From an uncultured Lachnospiraceae bacterium (lineage in GTDB: Bacteria > Bacillota > Clostridia > Lachnospirales > Lachnospiraceae), in contig CANOLA010000008.1 of assembly GCA_947566705.1 (NCBI GenBank), positions 634 through 64,633 on the forward strand: DNA of 64,000 nt, written 5' to 3'. The notes beneath the pieces were generated by a model. That model ran no database searches. It worked only from the letters and a program-made list of their open reading frames with translations, and was not told where the DNA came from. Position numbers and translations under genes: made by a program. Numbering within the stretch: position 1 is the first letter of the stretch; every line of letters begins with the position of its first letter. Positions 50,094 through 59,399 of the stretch are shown here, in pieces.

Positions 50094-51569
50094 CTAATCA
50101 TCAAAGCAAATAGCAAATGCAGGCATGACAAAATCCCCATCCGTGCATTTTAAAACACAGGTTTCTTCTCTGTTTCCTTCCAGATGGTAAGTCCTTCCGT
50201 CTTCTGTTTTTGCCGTTTCATCTTCCCTTTCCAGAGCCTTGGAAAGCCAGATTAAAAAAGTATCCCGAATCTGCGGTTCAATGACCGGCAGACTGGAAAA
50301 TTCCAGACGGTTGTCTATTATATAACTCTTCAGAAGAACCCTTTCTTTCTCCTGCTTTTCCAGCACTTCCCTTCGGATCCGTTCCTGTTCTTCCCTGCGG
50401 TCTGCAATCCCGGAACGCTTCGCCTTTTCCCGGTATGACCGTACCCGCGGCACCAGTTTTACTTCAAAAGGCTGTTCCTCGTAAATGCTGCTGTTTATGC
50501 TGTCCGTAGCCCTCGGCATATCTCCTTTCAAATGCAGTCCCGATTCCAGCCCAAACACACTTGCAGCCAGACGGTGCGCACTCCCCATATCCGGACAGCC
50601 TGCAAACATCTGTGCCACCTTAAAATATTCTTCCTTCCGGTTTGCCCCCAGATTGCTTAGCTCACTAAGCCTTGTCGCATACCGGGTAATCCTTCGGATG
50701 ATTTCATTTGTCGCATCAAAAACCTTAACCGCCTCTGCCTCTTTATTTCCTTTTCCTGCAAACCATTCTTCAATACTCTGCCACTTCCCATGCAGCCGTT
50801 CACTGATTACGTCCCGGCTGACTTCTACATCAATCCTGGGAATATTCATTTCATATGCTGTAACTTTTGCCAGTATTTCGTCCACTTGTCCGTCTGTAAT
50901 ATTTCTAATATAACGTTCAATCACATTTACATTTTCCTGCAATGCTTTTACAAAAGTGCGCAGATATTCAATCAGATGATCCTTAAATACCAGAAATTCC
51001 TTCGTCCGCATCAGCTCCTCTGCACGCGCACTGTTTAATGTGCGCATATAATCCTGATAATTCTGGTTCAGACGCTGGAAATCGTTTTCCAGATTCTGCC
51101 ACCAGCCATAGGCCTGTTCCGCGGAAGCCGTATTCATTTCTGAAAGTCTTGATAATTCTTCCCGCAAACGTTCCAGTAAAGTCGGCTCAAGGGACGCTCC
51201 CTCCACAAATAAATTCTCAAGATGAATGACCATCCTTTCAATTTCAACTGCATACTCCGACAGCTGGTACTGATATTTTCTGTTTTTAAATTCTTCCAGG
51301 GTTTTTACGTTTTTAGAATCCTGAATTGTAACCAGATTGCCCCATCCCGCCAGTGTCATCAGATCCTGCTGGCACTGCTCCATGGTATAATTTTCAAAAT
51401 AAGAATCTTTTTTCAGTTCCTCATACACGTCTTCCAGATACAGCCAGTATTTCATGCGCTCATATTTTATATAAAATAACCGTAAAATCGGGCGGTATCT
51501 GTCGGTATTTTCCACGTTCAGGTAGTTGGCTTCTTTTAATGGTTTTCTTAGCTGGTCTGTAATCTTCAT
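50094..51569 (-). CDS. jetA: Wadjet type II JetA (TIGR02677 / DUF2397-like)
   Basis: YLNVENTDRYRPI, LAGWGNL, FLVFKDHLIEYL, AHRLAASVFG. Confidence 0.85.
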   Translation of the reverse strand: MKITDQLRKPLKEANYLNVENTDRYRPILRLFYIKYERMKYWLYLEDVYEELKKDSYFENYTMEQCQQDLMTLAGWGNLVTIQDSKNVKTLEEFKNRKYQYQLSEYAVEIERMVIHLENLFVEGASLEPTLLERLREELSRLSEMNTASAEQAYGWWQNLENDFQRLNQNYQDYMRTLNSARAEELMRTKEFLVFKDHLIEYLRTFVKALQENVNVIERYIRNITDGQVDEILAKVTAYEMNIPRIDVEVSRDVISERLHGKWQSIEEWFAGKGNKEAEAVKVFDATNEIIRRITRYATRLSELSNLGANRKEEYFKVAQMFAGCPDMGSAHRLAASVFGLESGLHLKGDMPRATDSINSSIYEEQPFEVKLVPRVRSYREKAKRSGIADRREEQERIRREVLEKQEKERVLLKSYIIDNRLEFSSLPVIEPQIRDTFLIWLSKALEREDETAKTEDGRTYHLEGNREETCVLKCTDGDFVMPAFAICFDD

Positions 51570-51594
51570 TCTATTTCCTCTATCTGGCTCTTTG

Positions 51595-52701
51595 TTATGC
51601 CGAATGATTGATTTCTATTACATATTTCTCTTTGAGTTTAGAGCATCTGTTCTGCGGAATAATACCTTCATGTTGTAATCTTCCTGCCACAATCCCTGGA
51701 TGAATACCAATCGACTTTGCGAATTTAACAATCTCGTTATCCGATGTAAATCTGGTAGGTGCAAATTTTTTAAACGCAGCCGGTGGAATCAAATAATTAT
51801 TTGCAAAATTATCCGCATCCTGCTCCAGTGCATTATTAATATCCGTCATTTCTTCTACACTGCTACTAATAAACACTGTTTTAATCTTTTGCTGAAGCAC
51901 ATGCCTAATTTCATGAAAAAGTGAAAACCAAAACTTATCTGCATTAAGCCCTCTATTGTTCATGGCAAGAACCACTCTATCTTCACTTAACCACTTAACC
52001 GCACCATTCACACCTGCATTTTTTAAGTGTGGCAACAATACAAATGCAACTCCACACTCAGCAAATATTTCTCTCATTTTTGGCAGAAACTCCTCCGGCT
52101 TCTGTATAGTCATACTACGAAGTTCCGGTAAACGTGATTTCAATCTATCTGCATCAAATGACTTTGTCTCAATATCTTTTGAAAGATTCATAGCAGTCTG
52201 GATCCATGCTCTTGAATTAATTATATTCTTTTCACTAGTTGTTGATATACCTGTTCTGAAGTTTACTAAGAAATCTGGCTGCAACATAATCCGTAAATCT
52301 GAGACCTTAAAAAATTTACATAAGTTAGCCACCTTTTCTTTTAATTCTCTAGTTGACGGTAAACCAACTACTTCTACAAAATATTTGTAATCTATCTGCT
52401 TTACTATTTCCGTTTGTTCATCAAAATCTTTAGCCTGCTGTATTTCCATCAGCTTCTGGTCATATGTGTTTTGTAAGTTCTGCCACACATCAACACTTGT
52501 TCCCAGCATAACCGAAAGTTTCTTTGCTAAATCATTTGAAATATTTGCCTGACCATTTACTAATTTGCTAAGTGTTTTAGTCGTTGTACCCATTCTGGTA
52601 GCAAACTCTGCCTGACTTATTTCCATGTCTTCAATAATATCCGCAATATAGTATCCTGGGTGAAAAGCCATAATATCATTGTATTCATTTACATTACTCA
52701 T
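51595..52701 (-). CDS. higA: HigA-type XRE HTH antitoxin fused to ImmA/IrrE-family metallopeptidase
   Basis: AFHPGYYI...SQAEFATRMG..WQNLQ; FWFSLFHEIRH (HExxH), EQDADNFA, HPGIVAGRL. Confidence 0.88.
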   Translation of the reverse strand: MSNVNEYNDIMAFHPGYYIADIIEDMEISQAEFATRMGTTTKTLSKLVNGQANISNDLAKKLSVMLGTSVDVWQNLQNTYDQKLMEIQQAKDFDEQTEIVKQIDYKYFVEVVGLPSTRELKEKVANLCKFFKVSDLRIMLQPDFLVNFRTGISTTSEKNIINSRAWIQTAMNLSKDIETKSFDADRLKSRLPELRSMTIQKPEEFLPKMREIFAECGVAFVLLPHLKNAGVNGAVKWLSEDRVVLAMNNRGLNADKFWFSLFHEIRHVLQQKIKTVFISSSVEEMTDINNALEQDADNFANNYLIPPAAFKKFAPTRFTSDNEIVKFAKSIGIHPGIVAGRLQHEGIIPQNRCSKLKEKYVIEINHSA

Positions 52702-53047
52702 AATGGTTCGACACCTCCGTTACCTTCACAATTTTAATCGTTTTACAATAAGCCATAATATCACCTTCAGTGATTTCATTTCCTTTATCATCGCAAGGAA
52801 TCATCGTAACTCGATATCCTGTATTGCCAAGTCTTATACTCCATTCATCTTTTCTATTCCCTTTCAATCTTTCAAATCGAAACGGCGGATAATTTGCTAT
52901 ATCTAAAAGAGTTCTTGAATTTTTAATATAATTTTCTGCAGCTACCAGCTTTTTCTTGACGGATTCAGGATACCTCCATTTTTTCTTGTATTCTGAACAA
53001 AATTGCTTTTTAGCAGTTTCATTCTTGTACAGCACTTGTATACTCAA
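52694..53047 (-). CDS. higB: HigB/RelE-family toxin
   Basis: PPFRFERLKGNRKDEWSIRL, C-terminal EVSNHYE; toxin-first order, 8-bp overlap. Confidence 0.8.
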   Translation of the reverse strand: MSIQVLYKNETAKKQFCSEYKKKWRYPESVKKKLVAAENYIKNSRTLLDIANYPPFRFERLKGNRKDEWSIRLGNTGYRVTMIPCDDKGNEITEGDIMAYCKTIKIVKVTEVSNHYE

Positions 53048-53071
53048 AATATGAAATTTGCTTCCTTTCGC

Positions 53072-53125
53072 TTTTATTACCTCTTTGGTAACAAAAATTA
53101 TATCATCCTTTTTGTCCTAAGTAAA
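53072..53125 (-). promoter_or_regulatory. higBA promoter and palindromic operator
   Basis: TTTACT-17-TATAAT with TGn extension; TTTTATTACC-TCTTT-GGTAACAAAA inverted repeat (53072-53096) abutting the -10. Confidence 0.7.
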
Positions 53126-53248
53126 TACTCATTGAGCATATTTTTCAATTTATCAGCTTTTAAAGGCGGATAATCGGATATGTCTCCTGCAGCTTCCTAT
53201 ATTACTCGTAATTTATCCGTGTATAGCATCTCTTGTCTATATGTTCAT

Positions 53249-54946
53249 TCACCCGATCAGCACTTTCTTCCCCTCAAACGCAAACCCATAGCTGCGGATT
53301 CTTTCCTCCGGAATTCCTTTGCTTACCAATAACTGCGCATACTTTTTATCATCTATCTGTTTCAGTGCCGCAGCCACCGTATCCTGCAGACTTTCCTCAT
53401 CATCCGGGTCGTGCACCTTGAACTCCATAATAATTGCTGCATCATCACTGTTGTTCGGTTCCAATATGATATCATAACGCCCGTAGCCGCTCTCACGGTT
53501 TGAAGTAATAGTATACCTGCCATACAAATCAACCAGAAGCCCCAGCGCCAGACCGTGGTAAAAACGTTCCGGCTCGCCTGCTGACGGACGGTTTCCGCTG
53601 TCGAAATAACTGATGGTTTCCAGGGCAACCTTATTCATGTAAATATTCATAAGCTTTCTGTCATCTGCAAGCAGTGCCTTGATAAAGCCGTTATAGTCCC
53701 CCTTTGAGCGCCCCTTGAACCAGCCTCGTATCATGGAAGCAAACATGGAACGCACTTCCATGTTCGTCAGGGCAAGTGTGTACTCCATCTCCCCGGTTCC
53801 CTCCATAAGCGGTGTGTCATCCACGGAGAGCACTTTCAGGTAGCCGCTTGCCAGCAGAAGGCTCCAGATTGCGTCCTCGTCCTCATCCAGCTGGTTGCAT
53901 ACAATCTGCTCGTCAATGGCAGCCGTAATGGTCATTCCCTGCATCAGGGTTTCAAAATTTTCCTTGATTATTGAACTTCCCTCCCGAACCAGCTTACCCA
54001 CCAGACTATTGGAACTTGTATTTGCCCAGTAGGTTCCGATTTTTTTCTTGCCAAGGACATTCAGAATGGACCACGGGTTGTAAATATCGCTGTGGCTTCC
54101 AAACGTAAATCCGTCATACCACTTTTTCACCTTTTCCTTTTCCGCGCCAAGGCTGCACTCTTCCAGGGCATCAAAAGTTTCCTGCTCCGTAAACCCAAAG
54201 GAAGTCGCATATTTATCCGCAGTCGTAGTCACCACCTCCAGATTATTTAAATCCGAAAAAATGGACTCCTTGCTCACCCGTGTAATTCCTGTCATGACTG
54301 CTCGCTCCAGAAACGGGTTCGTCTTAAATGTGGAATTAAACAGGCTTCTGGTAAAAGCGACCAGTTCTTTCCAGAATCCATTAACATAAGCCTCCTGCAT
54401 CGGCGTATCGTACTCATCCAAGAGGATGATAACCTTTTTCCCATAATAACGGTACAAATAATCAGAAAGCTGGTAAATAGATGAGGCGGCATCCGCATTA
54501 CTGGTTTCCGGGAACAGCATCCTATCAAAGTAAGTTCGGTCTGCAGCGGACAGTTTCTCACTCTCCCTTAAAAAAGAATATTGTGTATAGAGATTTCTTA
54601 ATATCTGACAAATCATTTCCCTTGTATCAGTAAAATTAGTATCCTTCACCCTTGCAAAGGAAAGGCTGATAACCGGATATGTTCCCTGCAGCTTCCTGTA
54701 TGTTTCATCCTGCCAGATGGAAAGCCCCTCAAACAAATCGCCCCTGTCCCTGTACTTTTCAGAGAAAAAACATTCCAGCATACTCAGGTTCAGAGTCTTT
54801 CCAAACCGTCTGGGACGGGTAATCAGAGTTACTGCATCACTGCTCTCCCACCACTCCCGTATGAAGTTTGTTTTATCCACATAAAATACATTTCTTTCCC
54901 GAATCTGTTCAAAATCCTGTATCCCAATTCCGACTGTTCTTGCCAT
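53249..54946 (-). CDS. AAA-ATPase-like + PD-(D/E)XK nuclease protein (PF09820/PF08011-like)
   Basis: YVDKT, RPRRFGKT, LLDEYD, YNPWS, SNRESGYGRYD...MEFK. Confidence 0.9.
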   Translation of the reverse strand: MARTVGIGIQDFEQIRERNVFYVDKTNFIREWWESSDAVTLITRPRRFGKTLNLSMLECFFSEKYRDRGDLFEGLSIWQDETYRKLQGTYPVISLSFARVKDTNFTDTREMICQILRNLYTQYSFLRESEKLSAADRTYFDRMLFPETSNADAASSIYQLSDYLYRYYGKKVIILLDEYDTPMQEAYVNGFWKELVAFTRSLFNSTFKTNPFLERAVMTGITRVSKESIFSDLNNLEVVTTTADKYATSFGFTEQETFDALEECSLGAEKEKVKKWYDGFTFGSHSDIYNPWSILNVLGKKKIGTYWANTSSNSLVGKLVREGSSIIKENFETLMQGMTITAAIDEQIVCNQLDEDEDAIWSLLLASGYLKVLSVDDTPLMEGTGEMEYTLALTNMEVRSMFASMIRGWFKGRSKGDYNGFIKALLADDRKLMNIYMNKVALETISYFDSGNRPSAGEPERFYHGLALGLLVDLYGRYTITSNRESGYGRYDIILEPNNSDDAAIIMEFKVHDPDDEESLQDTVAAALKQIDDKKYAQLLVSKGIPEERIRSYGFAFEGKKVLIG

Positions 54947-55123
54947 ATATCCTCCAAATAAAAATCCACTGTGCTATCGTTGGCAATAGTTTAATGGATT
55001 TTCTGTTAAATTACAACTTTCCCTTTCCCCATGTTTAGACCTAATCATCAGACACTATTTAAAAAGGACAATGTCAAATTGATTTCTGTATGGAATTAAA
55101 AATAATTGCCTGCCTGTCATTTA

Positions 55124-56821
55124 CTATTCCTCATAAACAACGTGGCAGTCTTTCCCACAGAATGCTATGCCATACTTATGAACCGTCTCATAACCCATGT
55201 CATTAAGCTCCCGGATGTATTCCCTGTCCTTAATCTGCTGTACTGCCTCTGACGCCCTGTCCTCCAGCTCCCGGATACCCTTTGCAATCTTGAATTCAAG
55301 CACAAATGCCGCCTTCCTGCGCGTCACGGGATAGATAAACAGGTCACTCCTTCCATGTCCTCCCTCCCTGTTTGACTTGACAATGTATCCCTTCATGCCT
55401 GCAAGGATGCCTGCAAGGAATCCGTGGTAAAAACTCTCATACGCATCGTTGAAACTGATCGTTTCTAAAAGCATTTCCGTGATTTCCTCCTCCATGGCTG
55501 CCGCATCACCATCCGTTACCGCCTGCATCAGGCGGGTGCGGTCTTTCTCCTTTACCTTCTTCTGAAACCACGAAAGAATCTTTGTCCGAAAGATATACTT
55601 TACTTCCTTATTTGGTATTGTAAGCTCCACAAAATGATTTTCATTTTCATCCATCCAGTCACGCACTTTTCTGAAATACCCGGTAAAAAACATAAAGTTC
55701 CACAGGTTATCCATTGTCTCATACACTTCGTCATAGGTGATGTCCTCATGGACAGACTTTATAAGGGTATGCCCCTCAATCAGCAACTCAATCTCGTTCC
55801 TGGTGTCCTCGTCCGCCATGTCGATGAGCTTTCGCACAATGCTGTTCGAGCTGGTGTTTGCCCAGTAGGACGATGGAAAACAGTCAGGGTTTGACGCAAG
55901 GTCATCCATCAACTGTATCACGCTCCACGGATTATATACGTTTGCGCTGCCAAAAACATAACCGTTATACCATTCCCGGAATGTCCCGTATTTCTGCGGC
56001 AGTCCGTAATCACAGCAGATTTTTTGTACCTCCGCTTCCGTAAAGCCAAAGTATTCACCATACTGCTCATTCAGGATTGAAATAATTTTAAGGTTATTCA
56101 TCCCGGTAAAGATACTTTCCTTGCTAATTCGCAGGCAGCCAGTGATAACCGCAAATTCCAGGCTGCTGTTTGTCTTCAGGGCTGATTCAAACAGGGAGCG
56201 GATAAAATCAATCAACTCACCGTAAAATCCCCTTACGAAAGCATTTTCAACTGGAACGTCATACTCGTCAACCAGTATGATGGTCTTCTTTCCGAAATAC
56301 ATTTCAAGACACTGCGAAAGAAACTGCAGGGATTTGGCGTATTCAATCCTTTCCGCCTTTCCCTCCATGATAAGGGCATATTTTTCCTTAAATCCCCCCG
56401 GCAGCGCATCCCGTTCTAAAATATATGCGTGTCTGTAAAATTCCTGCTGTATTTCGTCCTTCAGGCTTGCATACGCCATGTCAAAATCAGGCTGTTTTCC
56501 GGATTTGAGTGACAGATTAATCACGGGATATTTCCCCATATGCTCCAGGTATTTTTCCCCCGCCTCCATGATGGCAAGCCCCCCGAACAGACAGCTGTTG
56601 TCTGTTTTGTTTCCGTTTCTGTCCCTTGCGTCCTCAAAAAAGTACTGGAGCATGCTCATGTTGAGAGTCTTCCCAAAACGCCTCGGGCGGGTAAAAAGAT
56701 TGACATCTGCCTTTTTGTCCAGCAATTCCCTGATAAACAGGGTCTTGTCTACCAGATAATATCCTCTTGTAATCAGTTTTTCGAAATTGTCCACGCCTAC
56801 CGGCAAAGGTTTATATTCCAT
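55124..56821 (-). CDS. AAA-ATPase-like + PD-(D/E)XK nuclease protein (second, divergent copy)
   Basis: LVDKT, RPRRFGKT, LVDEYD, YNPWS, SNREGGHGRSD...LEFK. Confidence 0.9.
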   Translation of the reverse strand: MEYKPLPVGVDNFEKLITRGYYLVDKTLFIRELLDKKADVNLFTRPRRFGKTLNMSMLQYFFEDARDRNGNKTDNSCLFGGLAIMEAGEKYLEHMGKYPVINLSLKSGKQPDFDMAYASLKDEIQQEFYRHAYILERDALPGGFKEKYALIMEGKAERIEYAKSLQFLSQCLEMYFGKKTIILVDEYDVPVENAFVRGFYGELIDFIRSLFESALKTNSSLEFAVITGCLRISKESIFTGMNNLKIISILNEQYGEYFGFTEAEVQKICCDYGLPQKYGTFREWYNGYVFGSANVYNPWSVIQLMDDLASNPDCFPSSYWANTSSNSIVRKLIDMADEDTRNEIELLIEGHTLIKSVHEDITYDEVYETMDNLWNFMFFTGYFRKVRDWMDENENHFVELTIPNKEVKYIFRTKILSWFQKKVKEKDRTRLMQAVTDGDAAAMEEEITEMLLETISFNDAYESFYHGFLAGILAGMKGYIVKSNREGGHGRSDLFIYPVTRRKAAFVLEFKIAKGIRELEDRASEAVQQIKDREYIRELNDMGYETVHKYGIAFCGKDCHVVYEE

Positions 56822-56920
56822 ATGCTGTTCCTCGCTCTTTCTTCTCTTTCCAACGTACTATTTATCTTTTCTACAGTATAGCGGATTTTCCGGAAAAATA
56901 CAACTTCCCACCCCCCAATA

Positions 56921-57081
56921 CAGCTTTGCTGTTATTAAACCCGACCATATATATCTGCGTTTTGCCAAACTAAATGCCGGCTCAACTTCAATTCTGTCAT
57001 TGTTATCCATGTACAACTGAAGCTGTTTTTGTATGAGCAGTGAACCCAGTACAGTCCTTAGAGAGGTTTAGCCGGCATTCC
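56921..57081 (-). mobile_element. internally deleted IS5-family transposase remnant
   Basis: GMPAKPL/RTVLGSLLIQKQ (N-terminal-like) joined to YMDNNDRIEVEPAFSLAKRRY..GLITAKL (C-terminal DDE-like). Confidence 0.6.
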
Positions 57082-57197
57082 CTCCCTCTTCGCATGATTT
57101 CTAGTACCAACACTACCTGCTCTTCAAAATTTTGCATTTTTCACCTTTCGAAAACACCCTGTTCTTTTATCAGCCTCTGCCAAAATCACCGACACAC

Positions 57198-57805
57198 CTA
57201 AAGTTTCACTCCCCTTACAATACCATGCCGTAGTTCGCCATCAATCCAGCTGTCTATATCCTCCTTAAAAAACATATATCCTTTGGTAGTCGACGTATAA
57301 AAATGATAATTTTCCAACAGCCTGCAAATGTCCCTCTCTGCATTTTTGCAGTGGTATGCACATACGGCGCACTTTACCTTTCTGCTGTTTTCAAGAACCC
57401 TTGAGGCACCTTTTAATGCAGGTATCTCAGCTCCTTCCACATCCAGCTTAAGAAAATTAATATGCCCCTCCTCAACAAAGCTGTCTATGCTTATAAAATT
57501 TATTGCAGAAAGCGCCTATTCCCTTGAATAACCTCGTGGATAATACATCCTCATCCACGGATTTTTCCCTAGCAAGTTCTTTCACCAGTTCCACATTTTC
57601 CACCGCAAATAAAAAGGAAAGTACATGCAGACACTCCAGATTCAGCAGTTCTGTTGCAAATTCCACCTGCTCTTCTGATATTCCCATCAGATAATCATAA
57701 GCCGGCCGGAAAATATTTATCTCCGGATAGTTCGCACTTATTTTTACATACTGGGGCAGAAACTGCATATAAAAATATTCAATATCGCACTTTTCTATCC
57801 TTTTA
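57198..57805 (-). pseudogene. deleted duplicate of the glycosyltransferase-FkbM gene pair
   Basis: Three collinear pieces matching ~62770-63015, ~62453-62507 and ~61900-62190. Confidence 0.82.
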
Positions 57806-57836
57806 TAAATAAAGTATTTCCCGTTTCTGTCATCCC

Positions 57837-59357
57837 CTATAGTTTAACTCCTTTTTCTTCCAGCAACAGTTCTCCCATCAATGCCTTACACTGCAGGGAA
57901 AAGAGTTCCGGCAGATCCTGCGAAATCTCCCCGTCTTCACAATCCATACACTTTCTGACAGCAACACTCATTTCCATACCATCCAGACGTCCGGAAAACT
58001 GGCTGGTAAATTGATCAAATTTTTTCAAAAGAAAACCCATATCTGTCCCGGAAAGCTTTTCAATTGTTCCAATATCATTATCGGAAAGAGCTATCATTTT
58101 TTGTAACTCGTAAACCGCCTCTAACACTGTAATTCTTTTATCCGGAAATCCTGCCTCAAGTTCCAGTTCCCTGCCTTCTTCCCCTTCTTGAAGCAGGGAA
58201 ACCTCAAACTCCTCTTCCATTTTTTTCATCATATCATACACCCTGTTATACCATGTATGATTCTGAATTTTCTGATATCCTTTTTCTGCAATCCGAACCG
58301 CCTCCGCAGGATGGGCCAGTAAATAGCTGATACGTTCCGGAAGCGCTTCGATTTCTTTCAAGGAAAAAACAACCATGTCTTTTCCATTCTCAAAGTACTC
58401 TGTAATATAGGTACTTTCATCCGTTACTGCAATTACCTTATTTAACATGGCAGATGCAATTCTCTCCTGAAATCCCTCTTTAAACCATGGCATAATGTTC
58501 AGTGCAAGTTTTGCATTTGCCACCGCCTTTCTTGCAGCATAAATTCCTCCTTTATGTATAATAAGATTTCCCTTATATTCTGAATGAAAATCATCCCAGC
58601 CAGCTCCAAACACATGAAGTTGCAGACCTGATGACAGTAAAGTCCGTATTATTTTATCTCTGTAATATTCACGGGCATAATAATCAATAAGCAAATATTT
58701 TCTCACAAACTCACGAAACTCATCATCTCCCATGTTCCGGTTATATTTCTTTAATGTTCTGGACAAGCATTCTGGAAAAGTATACTGGGTATTCACAATA
58801 ATGTCTTCCATAATATCAAGTACAAACCCTGGCTGCTCCCTTTCCGCTTCGCATGTTGCGAGAATTTGTTCGCGCGTTCTTCCCGGATCCCGATATCCTC
58901 CGGTAAATATAATGTCTATGGTGCGCTCCTCATAAGGAATGCATTTCGGATAATAGCTGCCAGACAAAGGAACAAACTCCATATGTTTCACCATCGGAGA
59001 ATACCTTTCCATATAATCGCAAAACCGGTTGTCACAACTAAAGACAATCGTTCTTTCATCTGCAGACTTTAATCTTTCAAGCCCGCATGGATGATCGTGA
59101 AGATAGGTTCCATAGATAATATGTGGCGGCAAATTTTCTGGCACCCCATAAGACATAAGATTTCCATTGCAGTCAAGCATCACATCAAAATTATATTTTG
59201 AAATTATATAATTATACCATGCCGGCATTGCCAAAGACCATCCGTCCAGAACGCACGTATTACAACCCAGCTTGCGAAGGGCGGCCGCCCACTCATCAAT
59301 ATAATTCGCCCCTGCATCATACGCTGTCACGCCTTTTAACAATAAAACATTTTTCAT
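57837..59357 (-). CDS. CgeB-like (Glyco_trans_1_2) glycosyltransferase
   Basis: DIIFTG, HVFGAGW, KLALNIMPWFKEGFQERIASAML, AVTDES. Confidence 0.8.
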   Translation of the reverse strand: MKNVLLLKGVTAYDAGANYIDEWAAALRKLGCNTCVLDGWSLAMPAWYNYIISKYNFDVMLDCNGNLMSYGVPENLPPHIIYGTYLHDHPCGLERLKSADERTIVFSCDNRFCDYMERYSPMVKHMEFVPLSGSYYPKCIPYEERTIDIIFTGGYRDPGRTREQILATCEAEREQPGFVLDIMEDIIVNTQYTFPECLSRTLKKYNRNMGDDEFREFVRKYLLIDYYAREYYRDKIIRTLLSSGLQLHVFGAGWDDFHSEYKGNLIIHKGGIYAARKAVANAKLALNIMPWFKEGFQERIASAMLNKVIAVTDESTYITEYFENGKDMVVFSLKEIEALPERISYLLAHPAEAVRIAEKGYQKIQNHTWYNRVYDMMKKMEEEFEVSLLQEGEEGRELELEAGFPDKRITVLEAVYELQKMIALSDNDIGTIEKLSGTDMGFLLKKFDQFTSQFSGRLDGMEMSVAVRKCMDCEDGEISQDLPELFSLQCKALMGELLLEEKGVKL

Positions 59358-59399
59358 TTTAACTCCCTTTTCCCAAAACATTTCTTGCAAAACACGCGT

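Noticed and set aside
56973-57079. Inverted repeat AATGCCGGCT/AGCCGGCATT as MITE ends or ncRNA stem
   Set aside because: Both arms fall inside transposase-like coding remnants and no target duplication is seen; likely coincidental
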